Assembly (NCBI GenBank): GCA_013239625.1
Contig: MU054323.1
Location: 4,949,220-5,013,219, forward strand
Length of the DNA: 64,000 nucleotides
DNA from: Lama guanicoe
Lineage: Eukaryota
Reading direction: 5' to 3'
The position numbers and the translations under genes were made by a program. This document shows, one piece after another, positions 52,583 to 64,000 of the stretch (position 1 is the stretch's first letter; the number at the start of each line of letters is the position of its first letter). The notes under the pieces were generated by a model, which saw nothing but the letters and a program-made list of their open reading frames with translations, was not told the DNA's origin and did not search any database.

Positions 52583-54352
52583 TTTTCTTTTTTTAAAATT
52601 GCAGTATGGTTGATTTATAATGTTTCAGATGTACAATAAAGTGGTTAAGTTATACATATTTATGTATATATATTATTTTTCAGATTACTTTCCATTATAG
52701 GTTTTTACAAGATATTGAATATAGTTCCCTGTGCTATACAGTAGGTCTTTGTTGTTTATCTCTTTTATATATTGTAGTTTGTATCCCAAATTCCTAATTT
52801 ATCCCTCCCCAACCCCGTTTCCCCTTTAGTAACCATAAATTTATTTTCTATGTCTGTGAGTCTATTTCTGTTTTGTAAATAAGTTCACTTGCATAATTTT
52901 TTAGATTCCACATATAAGTGATACCATATGATATTTCTTTGTCTAACTTACTTTACTTAGTATGATAATCTCTAGGTCCATCCATGTTGTTACAAATGGC
53001 ATTATTCCACTCTTTTTTATGGCTGAGTAGTATTCTGTTGTGTGTGTGTGTGTATATATATACACACAATATCTTCTTTATCTATTTGTTTGTCAATGGA
53101 CATTTTGTTTGCTTCTGTGTCTTGGCTATTGAAATAGTGCTGCTATGAACATTGGGATGCAGGTATCTTTTTGAATTAGAGTTTTCCTCTTTTCCAGATA
53201 TGTGCCCAAGAGTGGGATTGCTGGATCATATGGTAATGCTATTTTTAGTTTTTTGAGGAATCCCCATACTGTTTTTCACAGTGGCTGCACCAGTTTACAT
53301 TCCCACCAACAACGTAGGAAGGTTCCCTTTTCCCCACACCCTCTTCAGCATTTATTATTTGTAGGCTTTTTGATGATGGCCATTCTAACCCTTGTGAGGT
53401 GATACCTCATCGTAGTTTTGATTTGCATTTCTCTAATAATTATCAAAGTTGAACATCTTTTCATGTGCCTGTTGGCCATCTGTATGTCTTCTCTGGAAAA
53501 ATGTTTAGATCTTCTGCCCGTTTCTTGATTGGTTTGCTTGTTTGTTTGTTTGTTTGTTTCATATTGAGCTATATGAGCTGTTTGTATAGTTTGGAAATTA
53601 AGCCCTTGTCATTCACACTATTTGCAAATATTTTCTCCCATTCTATAGGTTGTCTTTTTGTTTTGCTTATTGTTTCCTTTGCTGTTCAAAAGCTTTTAAG
53701 ATTAATTAGGTCCCATTTAAAAATTTTTTTGCTTCTGTTTCCATTACTCTAGGAGATGAACATAAAAGACATATTGCTGCAGTTTATGTCAGAGAGTGTT
53801 CTGCCTATGTTTTCCTCTAGGACTTTGATAGTATCTGGTCCTACATTTAGGTCTTTAATCCATTTTGGGTTTATTTTGTATATGGTATTAGAGAATGTAT
53901 TAATTTCATTCTTTTACATGTAGCTGTCCAGTTTTCCCAGCACCACTTACTGCAGACACTCTTTTCTCCATTGTATATTCTTGCCTCCTTTGTCACAGAT
54001 TAATTGGCCATAAGTATGTGGGTTTCTTTCTGGGCTTTCTGTTCTGTTCCATTGATCTCTGTGTCTATTTCTGTGCCAGTACCATATTGTTTTGATTATT
54101 GTAGCTCTATAGTCTAGTCTGAAGTCAGGAAGCATGAATCCTCCAGGTCCTTTCTTCTTTCTCAAGATTGTTTTGGCAATCTGGGGTCTTTTGGTTTCCA
54201 TAGCAAGAATTTTAACACTTTTTTGTTCCAGTTCTGCGAAAAATGCCATTGGTGATTTGATAGGGATTGCACTGAATCTGTAGGTTGCCTTGGGTAGTAT
54301 GGCCATTTTAATATTGTTGATTCTTCCAATCCATGAACACAGTATGTCTTTC
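52583..54352 (-). mobile_element. 5'-truncated, relatively young L1 (ORF2 C-terminal part and 3' UTR)
   Basis: ORF 53947-54306(-) reads MAILPKATYRFSAIPIK...LPDFRLDYRATIIKTIWYWHRNRHRDQWNRTESPE...YGQLICDKG, which is L1 ORF2. The T-rich tail lies at about 52583. Confidence 0.95.
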
Positions 54353-54550
54353 TATAACATCTAGCTCAGGATCAATATATAGGAAGCATTGAATTAATTA
54401 GTTAATTAAAAGAAAAGATACAGCTTAGGTTGATAGATTTATTTGGGAATGTGAATAAAGCAGAATAAATAAAGCAGAAGTCTTAAAAATTATTCAATTT
54501 TTGAACCAGTAATCCCATAATTACAAATTTCTCTTTAGGGAATAAATACA

Positions 54551-54855
54551 ACTATGCTGTTCAACACAGTAACCATAAGCTACATCAAGCACCTGAAATG
54601 CGACTAGTATGATTGAGATGTCCTTTAAATATAATACACAATGGATCTTGAAGACAATTTAAAAAAATGTAAGCTATCTCTTTAATATTTTAATTTAAGC
54701 ATATGTAGAAGTGAAGTATTTTTGATATATTTGATCATTAAAATACATTATTGGAATTAACTTTGCCTGTCTCTTTTTTACTATTTTAATATCCCTATTA
54801 GGGAATTTAAAGTTATGTATGTGACTTGCATTTTATTTCCATCAGACTGATGTCC
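54551..54855. mobile_element. MER33-like hAT-Charlie element
   Basis: 'tgctgttcaacacagtaacca...gcacctgaaatgcgactagtatgattgagatgt...gaatttaaagttatgtatgtgacttgcattttatttcc'. Confidence 0.75.
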
Positions 54856-56589
54856 TAAAAAGAAGAAAGGGCTATATGCAGATAAAGATATTTACTATTG
54901 CATGGCCTGTGGTGCAGGCATTTTAGTACAAAACTCAACCACATATTTATCAATGAGAGGATGGTTGTGAACATTAGAATGTAAACAAATGATTCAGTGG
55001 TACACAGACGACAGAAAAGGCAATATGTGGAATACATATATAAATGGAAAAAGTAGGAAAAAATATTGTATGTAAAATCTGTATAGAACTTTGTAAAAAT
55101 ATATATATATATATATAAAAATAGAAAGAGACTGGAAGATAATATGAAAAATAATAATTTTCATAAATAAAGATCTTGGAAGTATTGCTTTTCTTCTTCA
55201 AAACCTCATTATTATACTATTGTTTTCACAATTACGACAACTAGAATAAAAATACAAAACTGGCATAGAAAGATGTTTTGGCTTGCTCTGTGTCTCCTAG
55301 GTGGCATCCTGTTCAGAGTGTTCAAGTATCCCGCAAACCTGGGCAGCCAGTCATCTCTACCAGGGAGCAATCGGTGGGTGTGGCGTGGGGATGTAGTTAA
55401 TATATGGCTCGTCACTGGGACTTACAATGGGATTGCTAAAGCCTGCACAACCCCATCAAAATACAATTTGAGTTTTACAGAAGAACTCACACACACACAC
55501 ACACATACACAGAGAAACCAAATCAATTCAATCACTAAAGGAATAAACATAAGTTCTTACACCAGCCCTGCCTACCAATTATTTACATTCCTATTACTAC
55601 CCCCACATTTAAGCTCCCATTATCCTATTATCTCAATGCCTCATATTTTCATTCTGAGCTCTCTGCCTCCATTCTCCCTATCCCTCTAGTCTAAGATGCT
55701 ACACAAGATAGTTTCCCTAAACCATTTCTTCTACAACATCTTGCCCCTATTGATTAGGAAAAACAATGAAAACCTAAATAAACCACCACTTTCTTACCTA
55801 TAGATGACCCGCCAGTTGCCCTTATATGGGTCTTTTCTCTTCCAGCATAAATACGGTTTTTATTACCAGAAAGAAGCCACCGCCTTGGAAGGAAGGCACA
55901 GCAGTTACATTGTCACTGCGGCAGAATTCCCTGCTGCCATCCCTTCCATCTCAGCCTACGCTGTGGTCACAGGCCTAAGGCACTTGGGATTGCCCTCAAA
56001 TGGGGCACAGCCGAGGGGCCTGAGAGCTGAGCCTCTCAGGATTGTCCGTGGTCCCTGGACTGTGTCCAGGCTAGCGTGTTGCCACTGGAGCTGTAGGTGG
56101 ACGATCAGACTTACTGAAAATGTACAAGCATTTTGAAGTGTCTTTCCTCCTTGGTCCCCAGAGCCTGGCCCCTTAGCAGAGGTACAGCTCCGTACCCTGG
56201 CCACCCTCAGGGTTTGGAGAGAGACTGGCCCAGGGGTACACAGTGGCTGGAATGTTCTCTGCGAGTCATGCTCATACGCAGAGTGGGTCTTTATTCAGGA
56301 TCAGCTCTCCTGTGCCCCCTCTCACCATGACAACAGAGAGACTCTAATGTTTAGTTTACTTGAATTAATTACACTAGTCTATCTAGTTCCTGGTCTGGTT
56401 AATAAAATAGTCGTTAATAAAGTGTTCACCTTTGAAAGCCTAGCCCAACTATCACCTTTTAATAAAGTGTTTCACCTACTGCCTGCCAGTTTGGGGGCCG
56501 AGATACAAAAACGAAGAATCTAACTTTAACACTTTATGTTACATCTTTTATCACTGAAAACTATTCAGTCCTTAGGCTAAAAGTAGGAG

Positions 56590-57410
56590 CTCAAAACTCC
56601 ACTCTGCCTTCTCTTTTCTCTCTTTATGGATGCGCAGTTTTCTGCTGAATTTACTTTCTGAATAGCTCTTCCTTTCCAGATTTTGATACCTTTTTTCCAT
56701 TTTAGGCCCAACCGCTTTGGTCTGGCTGGACTTAGGCCCCTCCTAAGTGGTCCCACCTACTCTGATCTTGTCCCACCAGCCCAACCACTCTCCGCATAAC
56801 CACTAAAACATTACTCCAAAGACACAACTCTGATCACTCTTCCCCTTCCTTGAAGGTCTTTCCTTAATCGAAATCACTTTCAGGGTTAACACTTCTAGTG
56901 GCTTACAAAGCTCTCCATGGCTTTATCAATCTCACAGCATCTCTCAGTATTTATTATTTGATAGTTTATGCTCCAGCAACACCAATTTGCTTGTTCGTTG
57001 CTAAATATACCATGTGGTTTTCAGGGTTTGCGTCTTTTTTCCTGATCATCTCTCTGCCTCCTTGACCATTTCCTGCCACACAAACAAATCACAAGTGACT
57101 CGGGGACGCACTACTCCTTATCTTTTGAAATTAACATGAGTGTGGTTTTCTCTAGGAAATGATTAGAAAATCCCTTCTGATTGGTTTTGACAGCTGGTTT
57201 CCCTGCGTTTCCTCTGTTATCTCCACTCCCATGTAATTTAGACATAGCTATCTGTTCTTTTTCATGACATTTCAAAAATACTTGTGGTTGTCCCCCTCAA
57301 CAGACATTGAGCATCTTCATGGCAGAAAATGTATTCTATCTGGTTCTCTGTCACCCGCTCCTAGTACGTGGTGGGCACTCAGTACCAGTTTGTGGAATGA
57401 ACTAGCCAAG
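56590..57410 (+). mobile_element. L2 3' portion
   Basis: 'tggcttacaaagctctccatgg', 'tgagcatcttcatggcagaaa' and 'gtgggcactcagtaccagtttgtggaatgaa'. Confidence 0.7.
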
Positions 57411-58341
57411 AAAGTCAGCTGGGCCCACGGAACACAAAATAGTTACAAAGACAAGAGTTTAACCCAGCTTTAATGATATTACTGCCAGTGATCAAATTAA
57501 TATGTATTTAATCTAAGGGTGCTCTCTTTTTCGTTCTAGCCAAAATATTAGTACGGAGATGAATAATTCTCTTGGTTTCCCTGGCGTGTTATTTTCCACA
57601 TAACAAAAGATCTTGATACAGACTACCTAGAAAGAACAGAGAGGGAAGGAGTATGCAGGCAGAAGTCACCTTGAACTTGCTGGGTATGTTTCAAGTTTAT
57701 AAGATCAGTCAGTTACAGCTTGCAAAGGTGAATTCAGGTCCAGGTAATGTTAGTATTAGATATTTGAGTTTTCCAAGAAAAACACTTTCCTTTGCGTTCC
57801 TCCTTTTAAATACCATGACCAGAAGTGTCCACGGGGAAATCAAAGAAATGTGTTTGCCTTTACTTCTCCTTGTTAAATGTGCTCTGTGTTCCAGGATGGT
57901 GACACTGTACTGCTTTTGTTTGGTGAGTATGGATTCCCTCAGGGACCCTGAAGTATCTTTTGAAATACCAGAGAAATAAATTGTCATCTTATACAATTAA
58001 TTGTGTAATAATTTATGTTAAATTTACAAAATTCGTGCTAAGGAATTTTCAAAAAACCTGATCACATTTGCATATATTTTTCCTCTTATATGATCTATTG
58101 TAATGGGAACTAGAAATAAATGTTTCTGTAAAACAATAAGTAGAGCATTAAGATCTGGTTCTAAGTGATGGAAAGGTATTTCAAAAGAAAACAAAATATG
58201 TCTTGTCAAATAAAAATATGTTTAGACTAGAATTTTAAAAGCTACATGAAATGGCAGGTTTTGATAGTCTGATAATTTCCTTTGTAATTCTCTACTAAAG
58301 AATGAGAGTACTCTTGAGTTTAATAAATAAGAAATAAAGTG

Positions 58342-59817
58342 GAGAACCAGATCAACATGGCAGAATAGAAGGATGTGGAGCTCACCTTCTCCCACAAACA
58401 CATCTAATACCTGTACACGTGGAACAAAAACAGCTCTTCAAGACCACAGTAAGTAACTGTGTCTCCTAAACTCATAGAGTCAGAGAAATATAAGTAAAAT
58501 GAAGAAGCAGAGAAACCACTCCCAAGTAAAAGATCAAGAGAATTCCCCTGAAAGAACAAACAATGAAACAGACATCTTCATTCCACCAGGTCCCGAGTTC
58601 AAAAAGGAGGTAATGAAAATACTGAAGAAATTAATAAAGTCTATTGATAGAAATGCAGATTACTGTAAAAGGGAGTTGGAAGCTATGAAGAGGAACCAAT
58701 TAAAATTGGAAAACTCATTTGCCGAGACAAAAGCTGATCTAAAGTCAACAAACAGCAAACTGGATAATGCAGAAGAATGAGCAGGTGATCTGGAAGATAG
58801 AATAATGGAAATCACCCAATCAGAACAGCAGACAGAAAGACAAAAAAAAAAAAGTAACATGAGAGAACTCCTGGATACTATAAAGTGTCCCAATTTACAC
58901 ATATTAGGGATCCCAGAAGGAGACGAAAGAGAAAAGGGGATCAAAAATGTATTTGAAGAAATTAGGGCTGAAATGGAAGTCAAAAGTACAATGAGGTATC
59001 ACCTCACATCAGTCAGTAAGGCCATTATAGTAAGTCTACAAATAAATGCTGGAGAGGGTGTGGAGAGAAGGGAACCGTCCTACACTGTTGGTGGGAATAT
59101 AAGTCGATGCAGTCACTATGGAGAACAGTATAGAGGTTCCTTAAAGAACTAAAAATAGACGTAAAATATGCTTCAGCAAGCCTACTCCTGGCCATATATG
59201 CAGAGAAAACTCTAATTCAAAAAGATATATGCACCCCAATGTTCATAGCAGCATTATTTACAACAGCCAAGACATGGAAGCAACCTACATATCTGGCAAC
59301 AGACGAATAGATAAAGAAGATGTGGTATATATACATACTTATGTAAATATATACAATGGAATACTACTCAGCCATAAAAAAGAATGAAATAATGCCATTT
59401 GCAGAAACCTAGATGGACTTAGAGATTATCATAATAAATGAAATGTCAGAAAGAAAAAGTCAAATATATGATATCACTTACATGTGGAATCTAAAATATG
59501 ACTCAAAGGAACTTATTTATGAAAAAGAAACAGACCCACAGACATAGGAAACCAAATTACAGTCACCAAAGTGGAAAGGGTATGGGGGAGGGATAAATTA
59601 AATTTGGGATTAGCAGATACAAAATACTATATATGAAATAGATCAACAACAAGGCCCTACTGTATATCAGAGGGAACTATATTCAATATCCTGTAATAAA
59701 CCATAATGGAAAAGAATACAAAAAAGAAATGTACATGTATGTATAACTGAATCACTTTGCTGTACACCAGAAACTAATACAACATTGTAAACTGACTGTA
59801 TTTCAATAAAAAAAGAA
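58342..59817 (+). mobile_element. Internally deleted L1 retaining its 5' end, ORF1 N-terminal half, ORF2 C-terminus, 3' UTR and A tail
   Basis: 5' end 'caacatggcagaatagaaggatgtggagctcacc'. ORF1 from 58499 (MKKQRNHSQ...NSKLDNAEE*...ILGIPEGDEREKGIKNVFEEIRAE) joins [30 protein letters not shown] follows in a shifted frame. Imperfect TSD aagaaataaagtg / aagaaaaaagtg. Confidence 0.9.
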
Positions 59818-62204
59818 AAGAAAAAAGTGAAAAAAAATTAAAATGTTGCTAGACTGTAACATGTGTTTTTTTTAAAGACTTTTTTTCAGAAGACTTCTGA
59901 GGACTGTGACCCTCTACTTCAAAAGTGTGCTTCTGATAGCCATTCTTACTCCTGTGTTGTTCTCAATGAGCATTACTGTTGATTAGTTAGCAAATACATT
60001 CTAAATACTTATTGTTACTAAGCTAATGTGCTAGAATGTAAGAACTCTAACACTAGACAACAATTCAAAGACCCTACAGTTATTGAGACAAGATCCCAAT
60101 GCATGTATTCGTAAAATCACAGTCAATTAGGGAGACTCACTTTAAGACCACACCATATCCAGACGTCTTATGAAGGGCAGTCAATGAGTAAAGTACATTC
60201 CTCCGTGAATCAAAGACGTTTCCAGAACAGAAGATGCCGTTTATAATCACATATCCATATTTCCCATTGACACGTTTAAAATTTGGAGATGGTACCGTCA
60301 AGGGTGAAACAATAATAAAATAATTTTAATATTCTAAAGGCTTCCCTTGCCAAGCCCAGCAGGTGGGACTCGTATGCTGTGTGCAGAGCTTGGATCAGGC
60401 TTACAAGGGATGGTCTCCATAGCCCTGTTTTTCTACAGATGGACCATTGCAAAGTGAGGAGCGAAGGCCACCTTTCTGGCCAGAAGCCACCCTCCACTCT
60501 AATGCGGTTCGATGGCACCAGCTCAGGCTTTACATAGTAGCTGATAGCCAAATAATCCAAGAGTAATTAAAAGTCATGTTCAGAAAACAAAAAGAAATCC
60601 CCACGGAGCGGTTTCCAGGAGGAAAGCTATCAGGCATCCACACGGGAGGCCAAATACAAAGGATCTATGAGCCAAAAAATTACTCGGGAAGAAAAGGGAC
60701 CTGGCTAAAGATGGAAGCACCAAGGAAGGAGGCTGCAAACTCACCGGTTCCAACAGCAATGGCTGCTCAGAGCTGATTAGCTCACCTGAAGGTGATAGGA
60801 AAGGAAAATAAGAAAAATCCCTGCCTTGGACCCGAAAACAAGAGAAATGCCCTAAGCTCATTAGCATTAGGGAGCCAAAGGCTTTTTTCCCACACAAAAT
60901 TAGCTGAGAGAATTATAGAATAATGACCGTCTTTGGTAAACAGACTTAATGCCTGGATGTAACTCTGGGGCCCCGCGTCCATTATTTCTCCAGTGGACAA
61001 AAGGGAACATTTGTATGGAAGTTTCTGACGTCAGCAAACAAGCTTGGCTGCATTCTCCCTCAGGGGCATGAGGAACTTATTGAAGCAATGAAAAATTATA
61101 AAGTGGTAAAACAGTTTTGACAGGAAAACCCTTTGGAAAAAAAAAACAAAAAACCTCCCTTCATCAAGGCAAGTTTCTATGATTTAGGTTAGAGAAGAAA
61201 CATGTCAAATGTTTCCAAGAAAACTGTGTTACTCGTTGGGCAGGTTTATAACGATACACAGAAGACAGCTTCTTTTGGCTGCCACATTTTTTTGTGGATT
61301 ATCCTAATTTGGTAGAAGACATGATCCTTTATGAAATATTTATGTAATAGGAGGGGAGGCAAATTTCCTCTCGTATGAGTGGAATTATTCTGCAAAATTA
61401 CATTCAGACTATCTGATTTCTGCTTGTTGAACAGTAAGGGGGAATTATCTGGATAACTAGCCTTACAGAGCAGAAGTCCCCACAGCGCCTGGATTGTTTT
61501 GTAAAGAGTGCGGGATAGTGGTATTTTGGTTCTTAACGACTGTTGCTTTTAAATAGGTAGAGAGTGCTTAGTAACGATGTACATAAAATTATTATCATTA
61601 CTATTTTTGTCTAATACGGTGTCAATCCAAAAGTCTGGATACATTGGCACCGCATGTGGAGCATGTGTTTGGGGTGGTCTGGCTTATAATACAACTATGT
61701 GGCACTCATGACACTCATCTTAGGCGGAAAGTGCTCTGGAGAATCTCAAAAATCTTACTTACCTCCAGAGCAACTAACAGGGAGGTTCCATGAGAGGCTT
61801 CTGTGACTGTCAACCAGGAGACAGGAAACATACACAGTAAAATCCTAGGTACAGGAGAAACAAAAGCGTACACCCTCCCCGGAAGCCCACAAGCACAGTT
61901 AACTCACGGGCAGTGATGTGTGACTTGTTTCTTTTCATATCCAACGAGTCTAGCACAAATGTCTACAAGTTTGTTTGGGTTCTGAACAATACTTAAATGG
62001 TCTGAAGAAATCTTAGCAAGAACATATATTTTAGAGCAACTGCAGAGATTTTTTTTTTTTTCCAAAAGTGTGCTGAATGGAACCACAGGTTTCTCTGGTG
62101 TGGTTAGGTAGCGCCTGGTTTTTGTCTGACAGGTGAGTACAGAAGTTTTCATGGAGCAGTGAAATGGAGCAGTTAGGAAGGATGATTGTGAGGAAGGTAA
62201 ATCT

Positions 62205-62370
62205 AGAACACAAACCAAGCTCTGCCCGTCCAGTGCTTCATTCTTCTGAGCTCCATTTCCTTCATCTACGTAATAAGAGCACCCAAGTTGAGAACTGTCT
62301 TGAGCATAAATGATGTGATGCTTATTCCCTGCTTAGCAGCATCTGGCATAGGATAGTCACTCAAGAATCA
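62205..62370 (+). mobile_element. MIR SINE
   Basis: 'cttctgagctccatttccttcatctacgtaa...gcatctggcataggatagtcactcaa'. Confidence 0.65.
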
Positions 62371-64000
62371 CACAGTAAAATAAAATTAAGTAAATAGACA
62401 ATAAACAGGGATGCCTTTCTATTTAGTGAACCGCTGTAGAGATTCACAGGGAGGATGCCGAGTAAAAGGCGTCTTTGACAAGGGGAACTCAGTGACTGTA
62501 TGAAGTCTTACTACTTCGTGAGGGATAGGATGCAGCAGCTGCTCTTATTATAAGGATACCCAGGAACTCAAGAGAGAACCCCTCCACCTTCCACTTTGTC
62601 TCCTAGATTTCTCAAGGTGATAAATGACAGACAGTTCCACGTGACCTTCTGTTTTCTTTCTGTGGTTTTACCAGTTTGCTTCAGCATGCAAAGGAACTTG
62701 CGTGCTTAGAGGAACTTGCAAAGACACAGCCCCACCTATGTGTAAACATTAGGTAATTTATTTCTTCAAATTTCAATGACAGTTTTGGATTGTGAAAGGA
62801 GGAGATAAAGGAACCAAAAAAAAAATAACATTCTTCATTTCTGTGATGAGGGTGGAGTTTGGAAACCACCAACAGAGGGAGTGACTGGGGTGTGGGAGCT
62901 TGGAAAAACCTAAGGAGGTCTTCATCTCTGAGTCAAGCAAGAAGGGGCATTTGCTGACTCCTGTTGTGTAACACGTGACATTATATTTCTCCCAACCAAG
63001 TACGTTCTCCTAAATTGGGCCAAGATACCCCAGAGAGCCACCTAATTTCAGGAAAGGTAATACTTTATGTGTAGAACATATGTGACTTGGTGTTTTGATG
63101 AAAAAAAGTTACTGTTATTCATCGGTTTCTAGAACCATGAATATATGACTCTGTATTTGATTTAAAGAAATCTTGGCTTATTGCTATGCAAACTGTTATC
63201 CTTATCAGCCCCAGACCTTGACTCATCACCATCTAAGACAATTCTCAAGAAAGTAGACTAGAATATGAATATTACTACCGCACAGAAATTATTCTTAAAA
63301 CACTTGAGTAAAATTCAAGTACTTTTTTGCCTTTTTTCTTTTTTGAGAGAGGGGAAAAAATCCATCTCTTAAGGCAAGTTGACTAGGAAGGTTGTCTTCA
63401 TTCATTGACTTACCCACTGCCTGTATTTGACCTTATCAATAAAGGAAAATGTTCAAAATATAACCTAGAAATCGTTGTTACGACCACAGCTAGTGAAGGG
63501 AGGCAGAAAGTAATATAAAAAGCAAAATTATGACCTTTCTTGGATAAGCTAAGTTTCTACTCTGGAAGGAAAGATTGTGCCTTTAAAACATTTCCAATAT
63601 TTAAAGAAGCGTTTCTGTTGGCTAGAGCCAAGAGTAGAAAATTCTTTTCTTTTTTTAAAATTTTATTTGCTTTTCAGCAATCAGAATTCAGTTACACCTT
63701 GAAACCAAACATACAAAAACAAGAGCCACCATCATAACAACAAAAAAAATGACAGAATTTCTTTTGGAGGTTAGATCTGTTCAGTAAGTCCAAAATTTAG
63801 ATTCATAGAGGTAATCAATTCATAACTTCTCTCATGCTGATGCAGGTAACATCAATGATATAGGCTTTGCCAGAGATTGCCTGATTGACTTGAGGACAAA
63901 GAATGGAAATACTGGGACATGAATTCAACATGAAAGGTTTTAAAGAATTCTCTTGTTCCTTGAAGAAAGCCTACTTCTATCTTCAATGTAAGGCCCCGGA

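Noticed and set aside
53202..54306. ORFs 53202-53402(+), 53465-53752(+) and 53947-54306(-) as genes
   Set aside because: Sense and antisense readings of a truncated L1.
55273..56330. Longer unique ORFs (138, 110, 82 and 65 aa)
   Set aside because: No domain-like composition, one runs through a (CA)n repeat, and such lengths are expected by chance.
60439..60540. Acceptor followed by short ORF MDHCKVRSEGHLSGQKPP...
   Set aside because: Only 32 codons, with no similarity I recognise and no supporting gene structure.

Overview
Mammalian genomic DNA, most likely from a camelid (alpaca, llama or camel), judged from a tRNA-derived Vic-1-like SINE at 21211-21359. The window is AT-rich and intergenic or intronic. 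A large part of it is transposable-element debris: L1, L2, MIR, MLT1/ERVL LTRs and MER20/MER33/MER2-type DNA transposons. I found no host protein-coding gene or RNA gene that I can support. The only ORFs with recognisable products are decayed retroelement proteins. I did not find a convincing new biological system. The most notable items are: (1) a young-looking solo LTR of probable betaretroviral type with a perfect 6-bp TSD and a duplicated U3 segment (9429-10124); (2) a compact L1 that keeps both termini but has ORF1 fused in frame to the ORF2 C-terminus (58342-59817); (3) a fossil RTE-clade reverse-transcriptase fragment missed by the ORF track (51866-52139); (4) a 424-bp near-pure pyrimidine tract that expanded inside an L2 tail; (5) a CpG-enriched CTCF/CCAAT/GC-box segment near 13 kb; and (6) an assembly gap flanked by a non-trivial duplication. 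Repeat family names come from remembered consensus sequences, not from a database search, and most boundaries of old elements are approximate.
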